From the NCBI RefSeq assembly GCF_009914755.1, contig NC_060943.1: a stretch of DNA of 64,000 nt; one strand, 5' to 3'. The position numbers and the translations under genes are program-made. Below the pieces are notes generated by a model. That model saw only the letters and a list, made by a program, of their open reading frames with translations, did not search any database and had not been told where the DNA came from. Source of the stretch: the human T2T-CHM13v2.0 reference genome, Homo sapiens. Positions 12,501 through 27,200 of the stretch are shown one piece after another; position 1 is the stretch's first letter; each line of letters starts with the position of its first letter.

Positions 12501-15500
12501 AATGATTCTCAGAAACTCCTTTGTGATGTGTGCATTCAACTCACAGAGTTTAACCTTTCTTTTCATAGAGCAGTTAGGAAACACTCTGTTTGTAAAGTCT
12601 GCAAGTGGATATTCAGAACTCCTTGAGGCCTTCGTTGGAAACGGGATTTCTACATATTATGCTAGACAGAAGAATTCTCAGTAACTTCCTTGTGTTGTGT
12701 GTATTCAACTCACAGAGTTGAACGATCCTTTACACAGAGCAGACTTGAAACACTCTTTTTGTGGAATTTGCAAGTGGAGATTTCAGCCTCTTTGAGGTCA
12801 ATGGTAGAATAGGAGATATCTTCCTATAGAAACTAGACAGAATGATTCTGAGAAACTCCTTTGTGATGTGTGCATTCAACTCACAGAGTTTAACCTTTCT
12901 TTTCATAGAGCAGTTAGGAAACACTCTGTTTGTAAAGTCTGCAAGTGGATATTCAGACCTCCTTGAGGCCTTCGTTGGAAACGGGATTTAATCATATTCT
13001 GCTAGACAGAAGAATTCTCAGTAACTTCCTTTTGTTGTGTGTATTCAACTCACAGAGTTGAATGATCCTTTACACAGAGCAGACTTGAAACACTCTTTTT
13101 GTGGAATTTGCAAGTGGAGATTTCAGCCGCTTTGAGTTCAATGGTAGAATAGGAAATATCTTCCTATAGAAACTAGACAGAATGATTCTCAGAAACTCCT
13201 TTGTGATGTGTGCGTTCAACTCACAGAGTTCAACCTTTCTTTTCATAGAGCAGTTGGGAAACACTCTGTTTGTAAAGTCTGCAAGTGGATATTCAGACTT
13301 CTTTGAGGCCTTCGTTGGAAGCGGGATTTCTTCATATTCTGCTTGACAGAAGAATTCTCAGTAACTTCCTTGTGTTGTGTGTATTCAACTCACAGAGTTG
13401 AACGATCCTTTACACAGAGCAGACTTGAAACACTCTTTTTGTGGAATTTGCAAGTGGAGATTTCAGCCGCTTTGAGGTCAATGGTAGAATAGGAAATATC
13501 TTCCTATAGAAACTAGACAGAATGATTCTCAGAAACTCCTTTGTGATGTGTGCGTTCAACTCACAGAGTTTAACCTTTCTTTTCATAGAGCAGTTAGGAA
13601 ACACTCTGTTTGTAAAGTCTGCAAGTGGATATTCAGACATCCTTGAGGCTTTCGTTGGAAACGGGATTTCTTCATATTCTGCTAGAAAGAAGAATTCTCA
13701 GTAACTTCCTTGTGTTGTGTGTATTCAACTCACAGAGTTGAATGATCCTTTACACAGAACAGTCTTGAAACACTCTTTTTGTGGAATTTGCAAGTGGAGA
13801 TTTCAGCCCCTTTGAGGTCAATGGTAGAATAGGAAATACCTTCCTATAGAAACTAGACAGAATGATTCTCAGAAACTCCTTTGTGATGTGTGCGTTCAAC
13901 TCACAGAGTTTAACCTTTCTTTTCATAGAGCAGTTGGGAAACACTCTGTTTGTAAAGTCTGCAAGTGGATATTCAGACATCTTTGAGGCTTTCATTGGAA
14001 ACGGGATTTCTTCATATTCTGCTAGACAGAAGAATTCTCAGAAACTTCGTTGTGTTGTGTGTTTTCAACTCACAGAGTTCAACGATCCTTTACACAGAGT
14101 AGACTTGAAACACTCTTTTTGTGGAATTGGCAGGGTGGAGATTTCAGCCGCTTTGAGGTCAATGGTAGAAAAGGAAATATCTTCGTATAAAAACTAGACA
14201 GAGTGATTCTCAGAAACTCCTTTGTGATGTCTGCGTTCAACTCACAGAGTTTAACCTTTCTTTTCATAGAGCAGTTAGGAAACACTCTGTTTGTAAAGTC
14301 TGCAAGTGGATATTCAGACCTCCTTGAGGCCTTCATTGGAAACGGGATTTCTTCATATTCTGCTATATAAAAGAATTCTCAGAAACTTCCTTGTGTTGTG
14401 TGTATTCAACTCACAGAGTTGAACGATCGTTTACACAGAGCAGACTTGAGACACTCTTTTTGTGGAATTTGTAAGTGGAGATTTCAGCCGCTTTGAGGTC
14501 AATGGTAGAAAAGGAAATATCTTCATATAAAAAGTAGACAGAATGATTCTCAGAATCTCCTTTGTGATGTGTGCGTTCAACTCACAGAGTTTAACCTTTC
14601 TTTTCATAGAGCAGTTAGGAAACACTCTGTTTGTAAAGTCTGCAAGTGGATATTCAGACCTCTTTGAGGCCTTCGTTGGAAACGGGTTTTCTTCATATTA
14701 TGCTAGACAGAAGAATTCTCAGTAACTTCCTTGTGTTGTGTGTATTCAACTCACAGAGTTGAACGATCCTTTACACAGAGCAGACTTGAAACACTCTTTT
14801 TGTGGAATTTGCAAGTGGAGATTTCAGCCGCTTTGAGGTCAATGGTAGAAAAGGAAATATCTTCGTATAAAAACTAGACAGAATGATTCTCAGAAACTGT
14901 TTTGTGATGTGTGCGTTCAACTCACAGAGTTTAACCTTTCTTTTCATAGAGCAGTTAGGAAACACTCTGTTTGTAAAGTCTGCAAGTGGATATTCAGACC
15001 TCCTTGACGGTTCGTTGGAAACGGGATTTCTTCATATTATGCTAGACAGAAGAATTCTCAGTAACTTCCTTGTGTTGTGTGTATTCAACTCACAGAGTTG
15101 AACGATCCTTTACACAGAGCAGACTTGAAACACTCTTTTTGTGGAATTTGCAAGTGGAGATTTCAGCCGCTTTGAGGTCAATGGTAGAATAGGAAATATC
15201 TTCCTATAGAAACTAGACAGAATGATTCTGAGAAACTCCTTTGTGATTTGTGCGTTCAACTCACAGAGTTTAACCTTTCTTTTCATAGAGCAGTTAGGAA
15301 ACACTCTGTTTGTAAAGTCTGCAAGTGGATATTCAGACCTCCTTGAGGCCTTCGTTGGAAACGGGATTTCTTCATATTATGCTAGACAGAAGAATTCTCA
15401 GTAACTTCCTTGTGTTGTGTGTATTCAACTCACAGAGTTGAACGATCCTTTACACAGAGCAGACTTGAAACACTCTTTTTGTGGAATTTGCAATTGGAAA

Positions 15501-18500
15501 TATCAGCCGCTTTGAGGTCAATGGTAGAATAGGAAATATCTTCCTATAGAAACTAGACAGAATGATTCTCAGAAACTCCTTTGTGATGTGTGCGTTCAAC
15601 TCACAGAGTTTAACCTTTCTTTTCATAGAGCAGTTAGGAAACACTCTGTTTGTAAAGTCTGCAAGTGGATATTCAGACATCCTTGAGGCCTTCGTTGGAA
15701 ACGGGATTTCTACATATTATGCTAGACAGAAGAATTCTCAGTAACTTCCTCGTGTTGTGTGTATTCAACTCACAGAGTTGAACGATCCTTTACACAGAGC
15801 AGACTTGAAACACTCTTTTTGTGGAATTTGTAAGTGGAGATTTCAGCCGCTTTGAGGTCAATGGTAGAATAGGAAATATCTTCCTATAGAAACTAGACAG
15901 AATGATTCTGAGAAACTCCTTTGTGATGTGTGCATTCAACTCACAGAGTTTAACCTTTCTTTTCATAGAGCAGTTAGGAAACACTCTGTTTGTAAAGTCT
16001 GCAAGTGGATACTCAGACCTCCTTGAGGCCTTCGTTGGAAACGGGATTTCTTCCTATTATGCTAGACAGAAGAATTCTCAGTAACTTCCTTGTGTTGTGT
16101 GTATTCAACTCACACAGTTGAATGATCCTTTACACAGAGCAGACTTGAAACACTCTTTTTGTGGAATTTGCAAGTGGAGATTTCAGCCGCTTTGAGTTCA
16201 ATGGTAGAATAGGAAATATCTTCTTATAGAAACTAGACAGAATGATTCTCAGAAACTCCTTTGTGATGTGTGCGTTCAACTCACAGAGTTCAACCTTTCT
16301 TTTCATAGAGCAGTTGGGAAACACTCTGTTTGTAAAGTCTGCAAGTGGATATTCAGACTTCTTTGAGGCCTTCGTTGGAAGCGGGATTTCTTCATATTCT
16401 GCTTGACAGAAGAATTCTCAGTAACTTCCTTGTGTTGTGTGTATTCAACTCACAGAGTTGAACGATCCTTTACACAGAGCAGACTTGAAACACTCTTTTT
16501 GTGGAATTTACAAGTGGAGATTTCAGCCGCTTTGAGGTCAATGGTAGAATAGGAAATATCTTCCTATAGAAAGTAGACAGAATGATTCTCAGAAACTCCT
16601 TTGTGATGTGTGCGTTCAACTCACAGAGTTTAACTTTTCTTTTCATAGAGCAGTTAGGAAACACTCTGTTTGTAAAGTCTGCAAGTGGATATTCAGACAT
16701 CTTTGAGGCTTTCGTTGGAAACGGGATTTCTTCATATTCTGCTAGACAGAAGAATTCTTAGAAACTTCGTTGTGTTGTGTGTATTCAACTCACAGAGTTC
16801 AACGATAGTTTACACAGAGTAGACTTGAAACACTCTTTTTGTGGAATTGGCAGGGTGGAGATTTCAGCCGCTTTGAGGTCAATGGTAGAAAAGGAAATAT
16901 CTTCGGATAAAAACTAGACAGAGTGATTCTCAGAAACTCCTTTGGGATGTCTGCGTTCAACTCACAGAGTTTAACCTTTCTTTTCATAGAGCAGTCAGGA
17001 AACACTCTGTTTGTAAAGTCTGCAAGTGGATATTCAGACCTCCTTGAGGCCTTCGTTGGAAACGGGATTTCTTCATATTCTGCTATACAGAAGAATTCTC
17101 AGAAACTTCCTTGTGTTGTGTGTATTCAACTCACAGAGTTGAACGATCGTTTACACAGAGCAGACTTGAGACACTCTTTTTGTGGAATTTGTAAGTGGAG
17201 ATTTCAGCCGCTTTGAGGTCAATGGTAGAAAAGGAAATATCTTCATATAAAAACTAGACAGAATGATTCTCAGAAACTCCTTTGTGATGTGTGCGTTCAA
17301 CTCACAGAGTTTAACCTTTCTTTTCATAGAGCAGTTAGGAAACACTCTGTTTGTAAAGTCTGCAAGTGGATATTCAGAACTCTTTGAGGCCTTCGTTGGA
17401 AACGGGATTTCTTCATATTATGCTAGACAGAAGAATTCTCAGTAACTTCCTTGTGTTGTGTGTATTCAACTCACAGAGTTGAACGATCCTTTACACAGAG
17501 CAGACTTGAAACACTCTTTTTGTGGAATTTGCAAGTGGAGATTTCAGCCGCTTTGTGGTCAATGGTAGAAAAGGAAATATCTTCGTATAAAAACTAGACA
17601 GAATGATTCTCAGAAACTCCTTTGTGATGTGTGCATTCAACTCACAGAGTTTCACCTTTCTTTTCATAGAGCAGTTAGGAAACACTCTGTTTGTAAAGTG
17701 TGCAAGTGGATATTCAGACCTCCTTGAGGCCTTCGTTGGAAACGGGATTTCTTCATATTATGCTAGACAGAAGAATTCTCAGTAACTTCCTTGTGTTGTG
17801 TGTATTCAACTCACAGAGTTGAACGATCCTTTACACAGAGCAGACTTGAAACACTCTTTTTGTGGAATTTGCAGGTGGAGATTTCAGCCGCTTTGTGTTC
17901 AATGGTAGAATAGGAAATATCTTCCTATAGAAACTAGACAGAATGATTCTCAGAAACTCCTTTGTGATGTGTGCGTTCAACTCACAGAGTTCAACCTTTC
18001 TTTTCATAGAGCAGTTGGGAAACACTCTGTTTGTAAAGTCTGCAAGTGGATATTCAGACTTCTTTGAGGCCTTCGTTGGAAGCGGGATTTCTTCATATTC
18101 TGCTAGACAGAAGAATTCTCAGTAACTTCCTTGTGTTGTGTGTATTCAACTCACAGAGTTGAACGATCCTTTACACAGAGCAGACTTGAAACACTCTTTT
18201 TGTGGAATTTGCAAGTGGAGATTTCAGCCGCTTTGATGTCAATGGTAGAATAGGAAATATCTTCCTATAGAAACTAGACAGAATGATTCTCAGAAACTCC
18301 TTTGTGATGTGTGCGTTCAACTCACAGAGTTTAACCTTTCTTTTCATAGAGCAGTTAGGAAACACTCTGTTTGTAAAGTCTGCAAGTGGATATTCAGACA
18401 TCCTTGAGGCTTTCGTTGGAAACGGGATTTCTTCAAATTCTGCTAGAAAGAAGAATTCTCAGTAACTTCCTTGTGTTGTGTGTATTCAACTCACAGAGTT

Positions 18501-21299
18501 GAATGATCCTTTACACAGAACAGTCTTGAAACACTCTTTTTGTGGAATTTGCAAGTGGAGATTTCAGCCGCTTTGAGGTCAATGGTAGAATAGGAAATAT
18601 CTTCCTATAGAAACTAGACAGAATGATTCTCAGAAACTCCTTTGTGATGTGTGCGTTCAACTCACAGAGTTCAACCTTTCTTTTCATAGAGCAGTTAGGA
18701 AACACTCTGTTTGTAAAGTCTGCAAGTGGATATTCAGACATATTTGAGGCTTTCGTTGGAAACGGGATTTCTTCATATTCTGCTAGACAGAAGAATTCTC
18801 AGAAACTTCGTTGTGTTGTGTGTTTTCAACTCACAGAGTTCAACGATCCTTTACACAGAGTAGACTTGAAACACTCTTTTTGTGGAATTGGCAGGGTGGA
18901 GATTTCAGGCGCTTTGAGGTCAATGGTAGAAAAGGAAATATCTTCCTATAAAAACTAGACAGAGTGATTCTCAGAAACTCCTTTGTGATGTCTGCGTTCA
19001 ACTCACAGAGTTTAACCTTTCTTTTCATAGAGCAGTTAGGAAACACTCTGTTTGTAAAGTCTGCAAGTGGATATTCAGACATCCTTGAGGCTTTCGTTGG
19101 AAACGGGATTTCTTCATATTCTGCTAGAAAGAAGAATTCTCAGTAACTTCCTTGTGTTGTGTGTATTCAACTCACAGAGTTGAATGATCCTTTACACAGT
19201 ACAGTCTTGAAACACTCTTTTTGTGGAATTTGAAAGTGGAGATTTCAGCCGCTTTGAGGTCAATGGTAGAATAGGAAATACCTTCCTATAGAAACTAGAC
19301 AGAATGATTCTCAGAAACTCCTTTGTGATGTGTGCGTTCAACTCACAGAGTTTAACCTTTCTTTTCATAGAGCAGTTAGGAAACACTCTGTTTGTAAAGT
19401 CTGCAAGTGGATATTCAGACCTCCTTGAGTCCTTCGTTGGAAACGGGATTTCTTCATATTATGCTAGACAGAAGAATTCTCAGTAACTTCCTTGTGTTGT
19501 GTGTATTCAACTCACAGAGTTGAACGATCCTTTACACAGAGCAGACTTGAAACACTCTTTTTGTGGAATTTGCAAGTGGAGATTTCAGCCGCTTTGAGGT
19601 CAATGGTAGAATAGGAAATATCTTCCTATAGAAACTAGACAGAATGATTCTCAGAAACTCCTTTGTGATGTGTGCGTTCAACTCACAGAGTTCAACCTTT
19701 CTTTTCATAGAGCAGTTGGGAAACACTCTGTTTGTAAAGTCTGCAAGTGGATATTCAGACTTCCTTGAGGCCTTCGTTGGAAGCGGGATTTCTTCATATT
19801 CTGCTAGACAGAAGAATTCTCAGTAACTTCCTTGTGTTGTGTGTATTCAACTCACAGAGTTGAACGATCCTTTACACAGAGCAGACTTGAAACACTCTTT
19901 TTATGGAATTTGCAAGTGGAGATTTCAGCCGCTTTGAGGTCAATGGTAGAATAGGAAATATCTTCCTATAGAAACTAGACAGAATGATTCTCAGAAACTC
20001 CTTTGTGATGTGTGCGTTCAACTCACAGAGTTTAACCTTTCTTTTCATAGAGCAGTTAGGAAACAATCTGTTTGTAAAGTCTGCAAGTGGATATTCAGAC
20101 ATCCTTGAGGCTTTCGTTGGAAACGGGATTTCTTCATATTCTGCTAGAAAGAAGAATTCTCAGTAACTTCCTTGTGTTGTGTGTATTCAACTCACAGAGT
20201 TGAATGATCCTTTACACAGAACAGTCTTGAAACACTCTTTTTGTGGAATTTGCAAGTGGAGATTTCAGCCGCTTTGAGGTCAATGGTAGAATAGGAAATA
20301 TCTTCCTATAGAAACTAGACAGAATGATTCTCAGAAACTCCTTTGTGATGTGTGCGTTCAACTCACAGAGTTTAACCTTTCTTTTCATAGAGCAGTTAGG
20401 AAACACTCTGTTTGTAAAGTCTGCAAGTGGATATTCAGACATCTTTGAGGCTTTCGTTGGAAACGGGATTTCTTCATATTCTGCTAGACAGAAGAATTCT
20501 CAGAAACTTCGTTGTGTTGTGTGTTTTCAACTCACAGAGTTCAACGATCCTTTACACAGAGTAGACTTGAAACACTCTTTTTGTGGAATTGGCAGGGTGG
20601 AGATTTCAGCCGCTTTGAGGTCAATGGTAGAAAAGGAAATATCTTCGTATAAAAACTGGACAGAGTGATTCTCAGAAACTCCTTTGGGATGTCTGCGTTC
20701 AACTCACAGAGTTTAACCTTTCTTTTCATAGAGCAGTTAGGAAACACTCTGTTTGTAAAGTCTGCAAGTGGATATTCAGACCTCCTTGAGGCCTTCGTTG
20801 GAAACGGGATTTCTTCATATTCTGCTATACAGAAGAATTCTCAGAAACTTCCTTGTGTTGTGTGTATTCAACTCACAGAGTTGAACGATCGTTTACACAG
20901 AGCAGACTTGAGACACTCTTTTTGTGGAATTTGTAAGTGGAGATTTCAGCCGCTTTGAGGTCAATGGTAGAAAAGGAAATATCTTCATATAAAAACTAGA
21001 CAGAATGATTCTCAGAAACTCCTTTGTGATGTCTGCGTTCAACTCACAGAGTTTAACCTTTCTTTTCATAGAGCAGTTAGGAAACACTCTGTTTGTAAAG
21101 TCTGCAAGTGGATATTCAGACCTCTTTGAGGCCTTCGTTGGAAACGGGATTTCTTCATATTATGCTAGACAGAAGAATTCTCAGTAACTTCCTTGTGTTG
21201 TGTGTATTCAACTCACAGAGTTGAACGATCCTTTACACAGAGCAGACTTGAAACACTCTTTTTGTGGAATTTGCAAGTGGAGATTTCAGCCGCTTTGAG

Positions 21300-24200
21300 G
21301 TCAATGGTAGAAAAGGAAATATCTTCGTATAAAAACTAGACAGAATGATTCTCAGAAACTCCTTTGTGATGTCTGCGTTCAACTCACAGAGTTTAACCTT
21401 TCTTTTCATAGAGCAGTTAGGAAACACTCTGTTTGTAAAGTCTGCAAGTGGATATTCAGACCTCCTTGAGGCCTTCGTTGGAAACGGGATTTCTTCATAT
21501 TATGCTAGACACAAGAATTCTCAGTAACTTCCTTGTGTTGTGTGTATTCAACTCACAGAGTTGAACGATCCTTTACACAGAGCAGACTTGAAACACTCTT
21601 TTTGTGGAATTTGCAAGTGGAGATTTCAGCCGCTTTGAGGTCAATGGTAGAATAGGAAATATCTTCCTATAGAAACTAGACAGAATGATTCTGAGAAACT
21701 CCTTTGTGATGTGTGCGTTCAACTCACAGAGTTTCACCTTTCTTTTCATAGAGCACTTAGGAAACACTCTGTTTATAAAGTGTGCAAGTGGATATTCAGA
21801 CCTCCTTGAGGCCTTCGTTGGAAACGGGATTTCTTCATATTATGCTAGACAGAAGAATTCTCAGTAACTTCCTTGTGTTGTGTGTATTCAACTCACAGAG
21901 TTGAACGATCCTTTACACAGAGCAGACTTGAAACACTCTTTTTGTGGAATTTGCAGGTGGAGATTTCAGCCGCTTTGAGTTCAATGGTAGAATAGGAAAT
22001 ATCTTCCTATAGAAACTAGACAGAATGATTCTCAGAAACTCCTTTGTGATGTGTGCGTTCAACTCACAGAGTTCAACCTTTCTTTTCATAGAGCAGTTGG
22101 GAAACACTCTGTTTGTAAAGTCTGCAAGTGGATATTCAGACTTCTTTGAGGCCTTCGTTGGAAGCGGGATTTCTTCATATTCTGCTAGACAGAAGAATTC
22201 CCAGTAACTTCCTTGTGTGGTGTGTATTCAACTCACAGAGTTGAACGATGCTTTACACAGAGCAGACTTGAAACACTCTTTTTGTGGAATTTGCAAGTGG
22301 AGATTTCAGCCGCTTTGAGGTCAATGGTAGAATAGGAAATATCTTCCTATAGAAACTAGACAGAATGATTCTCAGAAACTCCTTTGTGATGTGTGCGTTC
22401 AACTCACAGAGTTTAACCTTTCTTTTCATAGAGCAGTTAGGAAACACTCTGTTTGTAAAGTCTGCAAGTGGATATTCAGACATCCTTGAGGCTTTCGTTG
22501 GAAACGGGATTTCTTCATATTCTGCTAGAAAGAAGAATTCTCAGTAACTTCCTTGTGTTGTGTGTATTCAACTCACAGAGTTGAATGATCCTTTACACAG
22601 AACAGTCTTGAAACACTCTTTTTGTGGAATTTGCAAGTGGAGATTTCAGCCGCTTTGAGGTCAATGGTAGAATAGGATATATCTTCCTATAGAAACTAGA
22701 CAGAATGATTCTCAGAAACTCCTTTGTGATGTGTGCGTTCTACTCACAGAGTTTAACCTTTCTTTTCATAGAGCAGTTAGGAGACACTCTGTTTGTAAAG
22801 TCTGCAAGTGGATATTCAGACATCTTTGAGACTTTCGTTGGAAACGGGATTTCATCATATTCTGCTAGACAGAAGAATTCCCAGAAACTTCGTTGTGTTG
22901 TGTGTTTTCAACTCACAGAGTTCAACGATCCTTTACACAGAGTAGACTTGAAACACTCTTTTTGTGGAATTGGCAGGGTGGAGATTTCAGCCGCTTTGAG
23001 GTCAATGGTAGAATAGGAAATATCTTCCTATAGAAACTAGACAGAATGATTCTCAGAAACTCCTTTGTGATGTGTGCGTTCAACTCCCAGAGTTTAACCT
23101 TTCTTTTCATAGAGCAGTTAGGAAACACTCTGTTTGTAAAGTCTGCAAGTGGATATTCAGACATATTTGAGGCTTTCGTTGGAAACGGGATTTCTTCATA
23201 TTCTGCTAGACAGAAGAATTCTCAGAAACTTCGTTGGGTTGTGTGTTTTCAACTCACAGAGTTCAACGATCCTTTACACAGAGTAGACTTGAAACACTCT
23301 TTTTGTGGAATTGGCAGGGTGGAGATTTCAGCCGCTTTGAGGTCAATGGTAGAAAAGGAAATATCTTCGTATAAAAACTAGACAGAGTGATTCTCAGAAA
23401 CTCCTTTGTGATGTCTGCGTTCAACTCACAGAGTTTAACCTTTCTTTTCATAGAGCAGTTAGGAAACACTCTGTTTGTAAAGTCTGCAAGTGGATATTCA
23501 GACATCCTTGAGGCTTTCGTTGGAAACGGGATTTCTTCATATTCTGCTAGAAAGAAGAATTCTCAGTAACTTCCTTGTGTTGTGTGTATTCAACACACAG
23601 AGTTGAATGATCCTTTACACAGTACAGTCTTGAAACACTCTTTTTGTGGAATTTGCAAGTGGAGATTTCAGCCGCTTTGAGGTCAATGGTAGAATAGGAA
23701 ATACCTTCCTATAGAAACTAGACAGAATGATTCTCAGAAACTCCTTTGTGATGTCTGCGTTCAACTCACAGAGTTTAACCTTTCTTTTCATAGAGCAGTT
23801 AGGAAACACTCTGTTTGTAAAGTCTGCAAGTGGATATTCAGACCTCCTTGAGGCCTTCGTTGGAAACGGGATTTCTTCATATTATGCTAGACAGAAGAAT
23901 TCTCAGTAACTTCCTTGTGTTGTGTGTATTCAACTCACAGAGTTGAACGATCCTTTACACAGAGCAGACTTGAAACACTCTTTTTGTGGAATTTGCAAGT
24001 GGAGATTTCAGCCGCTTTGAGTTCAATGGTAGAATAGGAAATATCTTCCTATAGAAACTAGACAGAATGATTCTCAGAAACTCCTTTGTGATGTGTGCGT
24101 TCAACTCACAGAGTTCAACCTTTCTTTTCATAGAGCAGTTGGGAAACACTCTGTTTGTAATGTCTGCAAGTGGATATTCAGACTTCTTTGAGGCCTTCGT

Positions 24201-27200
24201 TGGAAGCGGGATTTCTTCATATTCTGCTTGACAGAAGAATTCTCAGTAACTTCCTTGTGTTGTGTGTATTCAACTCACAGAGTTGAACGATCCTTTACAC
24301 AGAGCAGACTTGAAACACTCTTTTTGTGGAATTTGCAAGTGGAGATTTCAGCCGCTTTGAGGTCAATGGTAGAATAGGAAATATCTTCCTATAGAAACTA
24401 GACAGAATGATTCTCAGAAACTCCTTTGTGATGTGTGCGTTCAACTCACAGAGTTTAACCTTTCTTTTCATAGAGCAGTTAGGAAACACTCTGTTTCTAA
24501 AGTCTGCAAGTGGATATTCAGACATCCTTGAGGCTTTCGTTGGAAACGGGATTTCTTCATATTCTGCTAGAAAGAAGAATTCTCAGTAACTTCCTTGTGT
24601 TGTGTGTATTCAACTCACAGAGTTGAATGATCCTTTACACAGAACAGTCTTGAAACACTCTTTTTGTGGAATTTGCAAGTGGAGATTTCAGCCGCTTTGA
24701 GGTCAATGGTAGAATAGGAGATATCTTCCTATAGAAACTAGACAGAATGATTCTCAGAAACTCCTTTGTGATGTGTGCGTTCAACTCACAGAGTTTAACC
24801 TTTCTTTTCATAGAGCAGTTAGGAAACACTCTGTTTGTAAAGTCTGCAAGTGGATATTCAGACATCTTTGAGGCTTTCGTTGGAAACGGGAGTTCATCAT
24901 ATTCTGCTAGACAGAAGATTTCTCAGAAACTTCGTTGTCTTGTGTGTTTTCAACTCACAGAGTTCAACGATCCTTTACACAGAGTAGACTTGAAACACTC
25001 TTTTTGTGGAATTGGCAGGGTGGAGATTTCAGCCGCTTTGAGGTCAATGGTAGAAAAGTAAATATCTTCGTATAAAAACTAGACAGAGTGATTCTCAGAA
25101 ACTCCTTTGTGATGTCTGCGTTCAACTCACAGAGTTTAACCTTTCTTTTCATAGAGCAGTTAGGAAACACTCTGTTTGTAAAGTCTGCAAGTGGATATTC
25201 AGACCTCCTTGAGGCCTTCGTTGGAAACGGGATTTCTTCATATTCTGCTATACAGAAGAATTCTCAGAAACTTCCTTGTGTTGTGTGTATTCAACTCACA
25301 GAGTTGAACGATCCTTTACACAGAGCAGACTTGAAACACTCTTTTTGTGGAAATTGCAAGTGGAGATTTCAGGCGCTTTGAGGTCAATGGTAGAAAAGGA
25401 AATATCTTCGTATAAAAACTAGACAGAATGATTCTCAGAAACTCCTTTGTGATGTGTGCGTTCAACTCACAGAGTTTAACCTTTCTTTTCATAGAGCAGT
25501 TAGGAAACACTCTGTTTGTAAAGTCTGCAAGTGGATATTCTGACCTCCTTGAGGCCTTCGTTGGAAACGGGATTTCTTCATATTATGCTAGACAGAAGAA
25601 TTCTCAGTAACTTCCTTGTGTTGTGTGTTTTCAACTCACAGAGTTGAACGATCCTTTACACAGAGCAGACTTGAAACACTCTTTTTGTGGAATTTGCAAG
25701 TGGAGATTTCAGCCGCTTTGAGTTCAATGGTAGAATAGGAAATATCTTCCTATAGAAACTAGAGAGAATGATTCTCAGAAACTCCTTTGTGATGTGTGCG
25801 TTCAACTCACAGAGTTCAACCTTTCTTTTCATAGAGCAGTTGGGAAACACTCTGTTTGTAAAGTCTGCAAGTGGATATTCAGACTTCTTTGAGGCCTTCG
25901 TTGGAAGCGGGATTTCTTCATATTCTCCTAGACAGAAGAATTCTCAGTAACTTCCTTGTGTTGTGTGTATTCAACTCACAGAGTTGAACGATCCTTTACA
26001 CAGAGCAGACTTGAAACACTCTTTTTGTGGAATTTGCAAGTGGAGATTTCAGCCGCTTTTAGGTCAATGGTAGAAAAGGAAATATCTTCGTATAAAAACT
26101 AGACAGAATGATTCTCAGAAACTCCTTTGTGATGTGTGCGTTCAACTCACAGAGTTTAACCTTTCTTTTCATAGAGCAGTTAGGAAACACTCTGTTTGTA
26201 AAGTCTGCAAGTGGATATTCAGACCTCCTTGAGGCCTTCGTTGGAAACGGGATTTCTTCATATTATGCTAGTCACAAGAATTCTCAGTAACTTCCTTGTG
26301 TTGTGTGTATTCAACTCACAGAGTTGAACGATCCTTTACACAGAGCAGACTTGAAACACTCTTTTTGTGGAATTTGCAAGTGGAGATTTCAGCCACTTTG
26401 AGGTCAATGGTAGAATAGGAAATATCTTCCTATAGAAACTAGACAGAATGATTCTGAGAAACTCCTTTGTGATGTGTGCGTTCAACTCACAGAGTTTCAC
26501 CTTTCTTTTCATAGAGCACTTAGGAAACACTCTGTTTGTAAAGTGTGCAAGTGGATATTCAGACCTCCTTGAGGCCTTCGTTGGAAACGGGATTTCTTCA
26601 TATTATGCTAGACAGAAGAATTCTCAGTAACTTCCTTGTGTTGTGTGTATTCAACTCACAGAGTTGAACGATCCTTTACACAGAGCAGACTTGAAACACT
26701 CTTTTTGTGGAATTTGCAGGTGGAGATTTCAGCCGCTTTGTGTTCAATGGTAGAATAGGAAATATCTTCCTATAGAAACTAGACAGAATGATTCTCAGAA
26801 ACTCCTTTGTGATGTGTGCGTTCAACTCACAGAGTTCAACCTTTCTTTTCATAGAGCAGTTGGGAAACACTCTGTTTGTAAAGTCTGCAAGTGGATATTC
26901 AGACTTCTTTGAGGCCTTCGTTGGAAGCGGGATTTCTTCATATTCTGCTAGACAGAAGAATTCCCAGTAACTTCCTTGTGTTGTGTGTATTCAACTCACA
27001 GAGTTGAACGATCCTTTACACAGAGCAGACTTGAAACACTCTTTTTGTGGAATCTGCAAGTGGAGATTTCAGCCGCTTTGAGGTCAATGGTAGAATAGGA
27101 AATATCTTCCTATAGAAACTAGATAGAATGATTCTCAGAAACTCCTTTGTGATGTGTGCGTTCAACTCACAGAGTTTAACCTTTCTTTTCATAGAGCAGT

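Larger units (their letters stand above)
430..14420 (+). repeat. Tandem macro-duplication: 19-dimer (6460 bp) copy followed by 21-dimer (7141 bp) copy
   Basis: Rare variants recur at offset 6460 (GGATAATCAG 1387/7847, CTTCTATTG 2150/8610, GAGGGTTT 2426/8886). They then recur at offset 7140-7141 (CATGTTCTG 3815/10955, TG deletion ~4880/~12020, GGATTTAATC 5843/12984, TTCATTGG 6850/13991). Confidence 0.88.
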
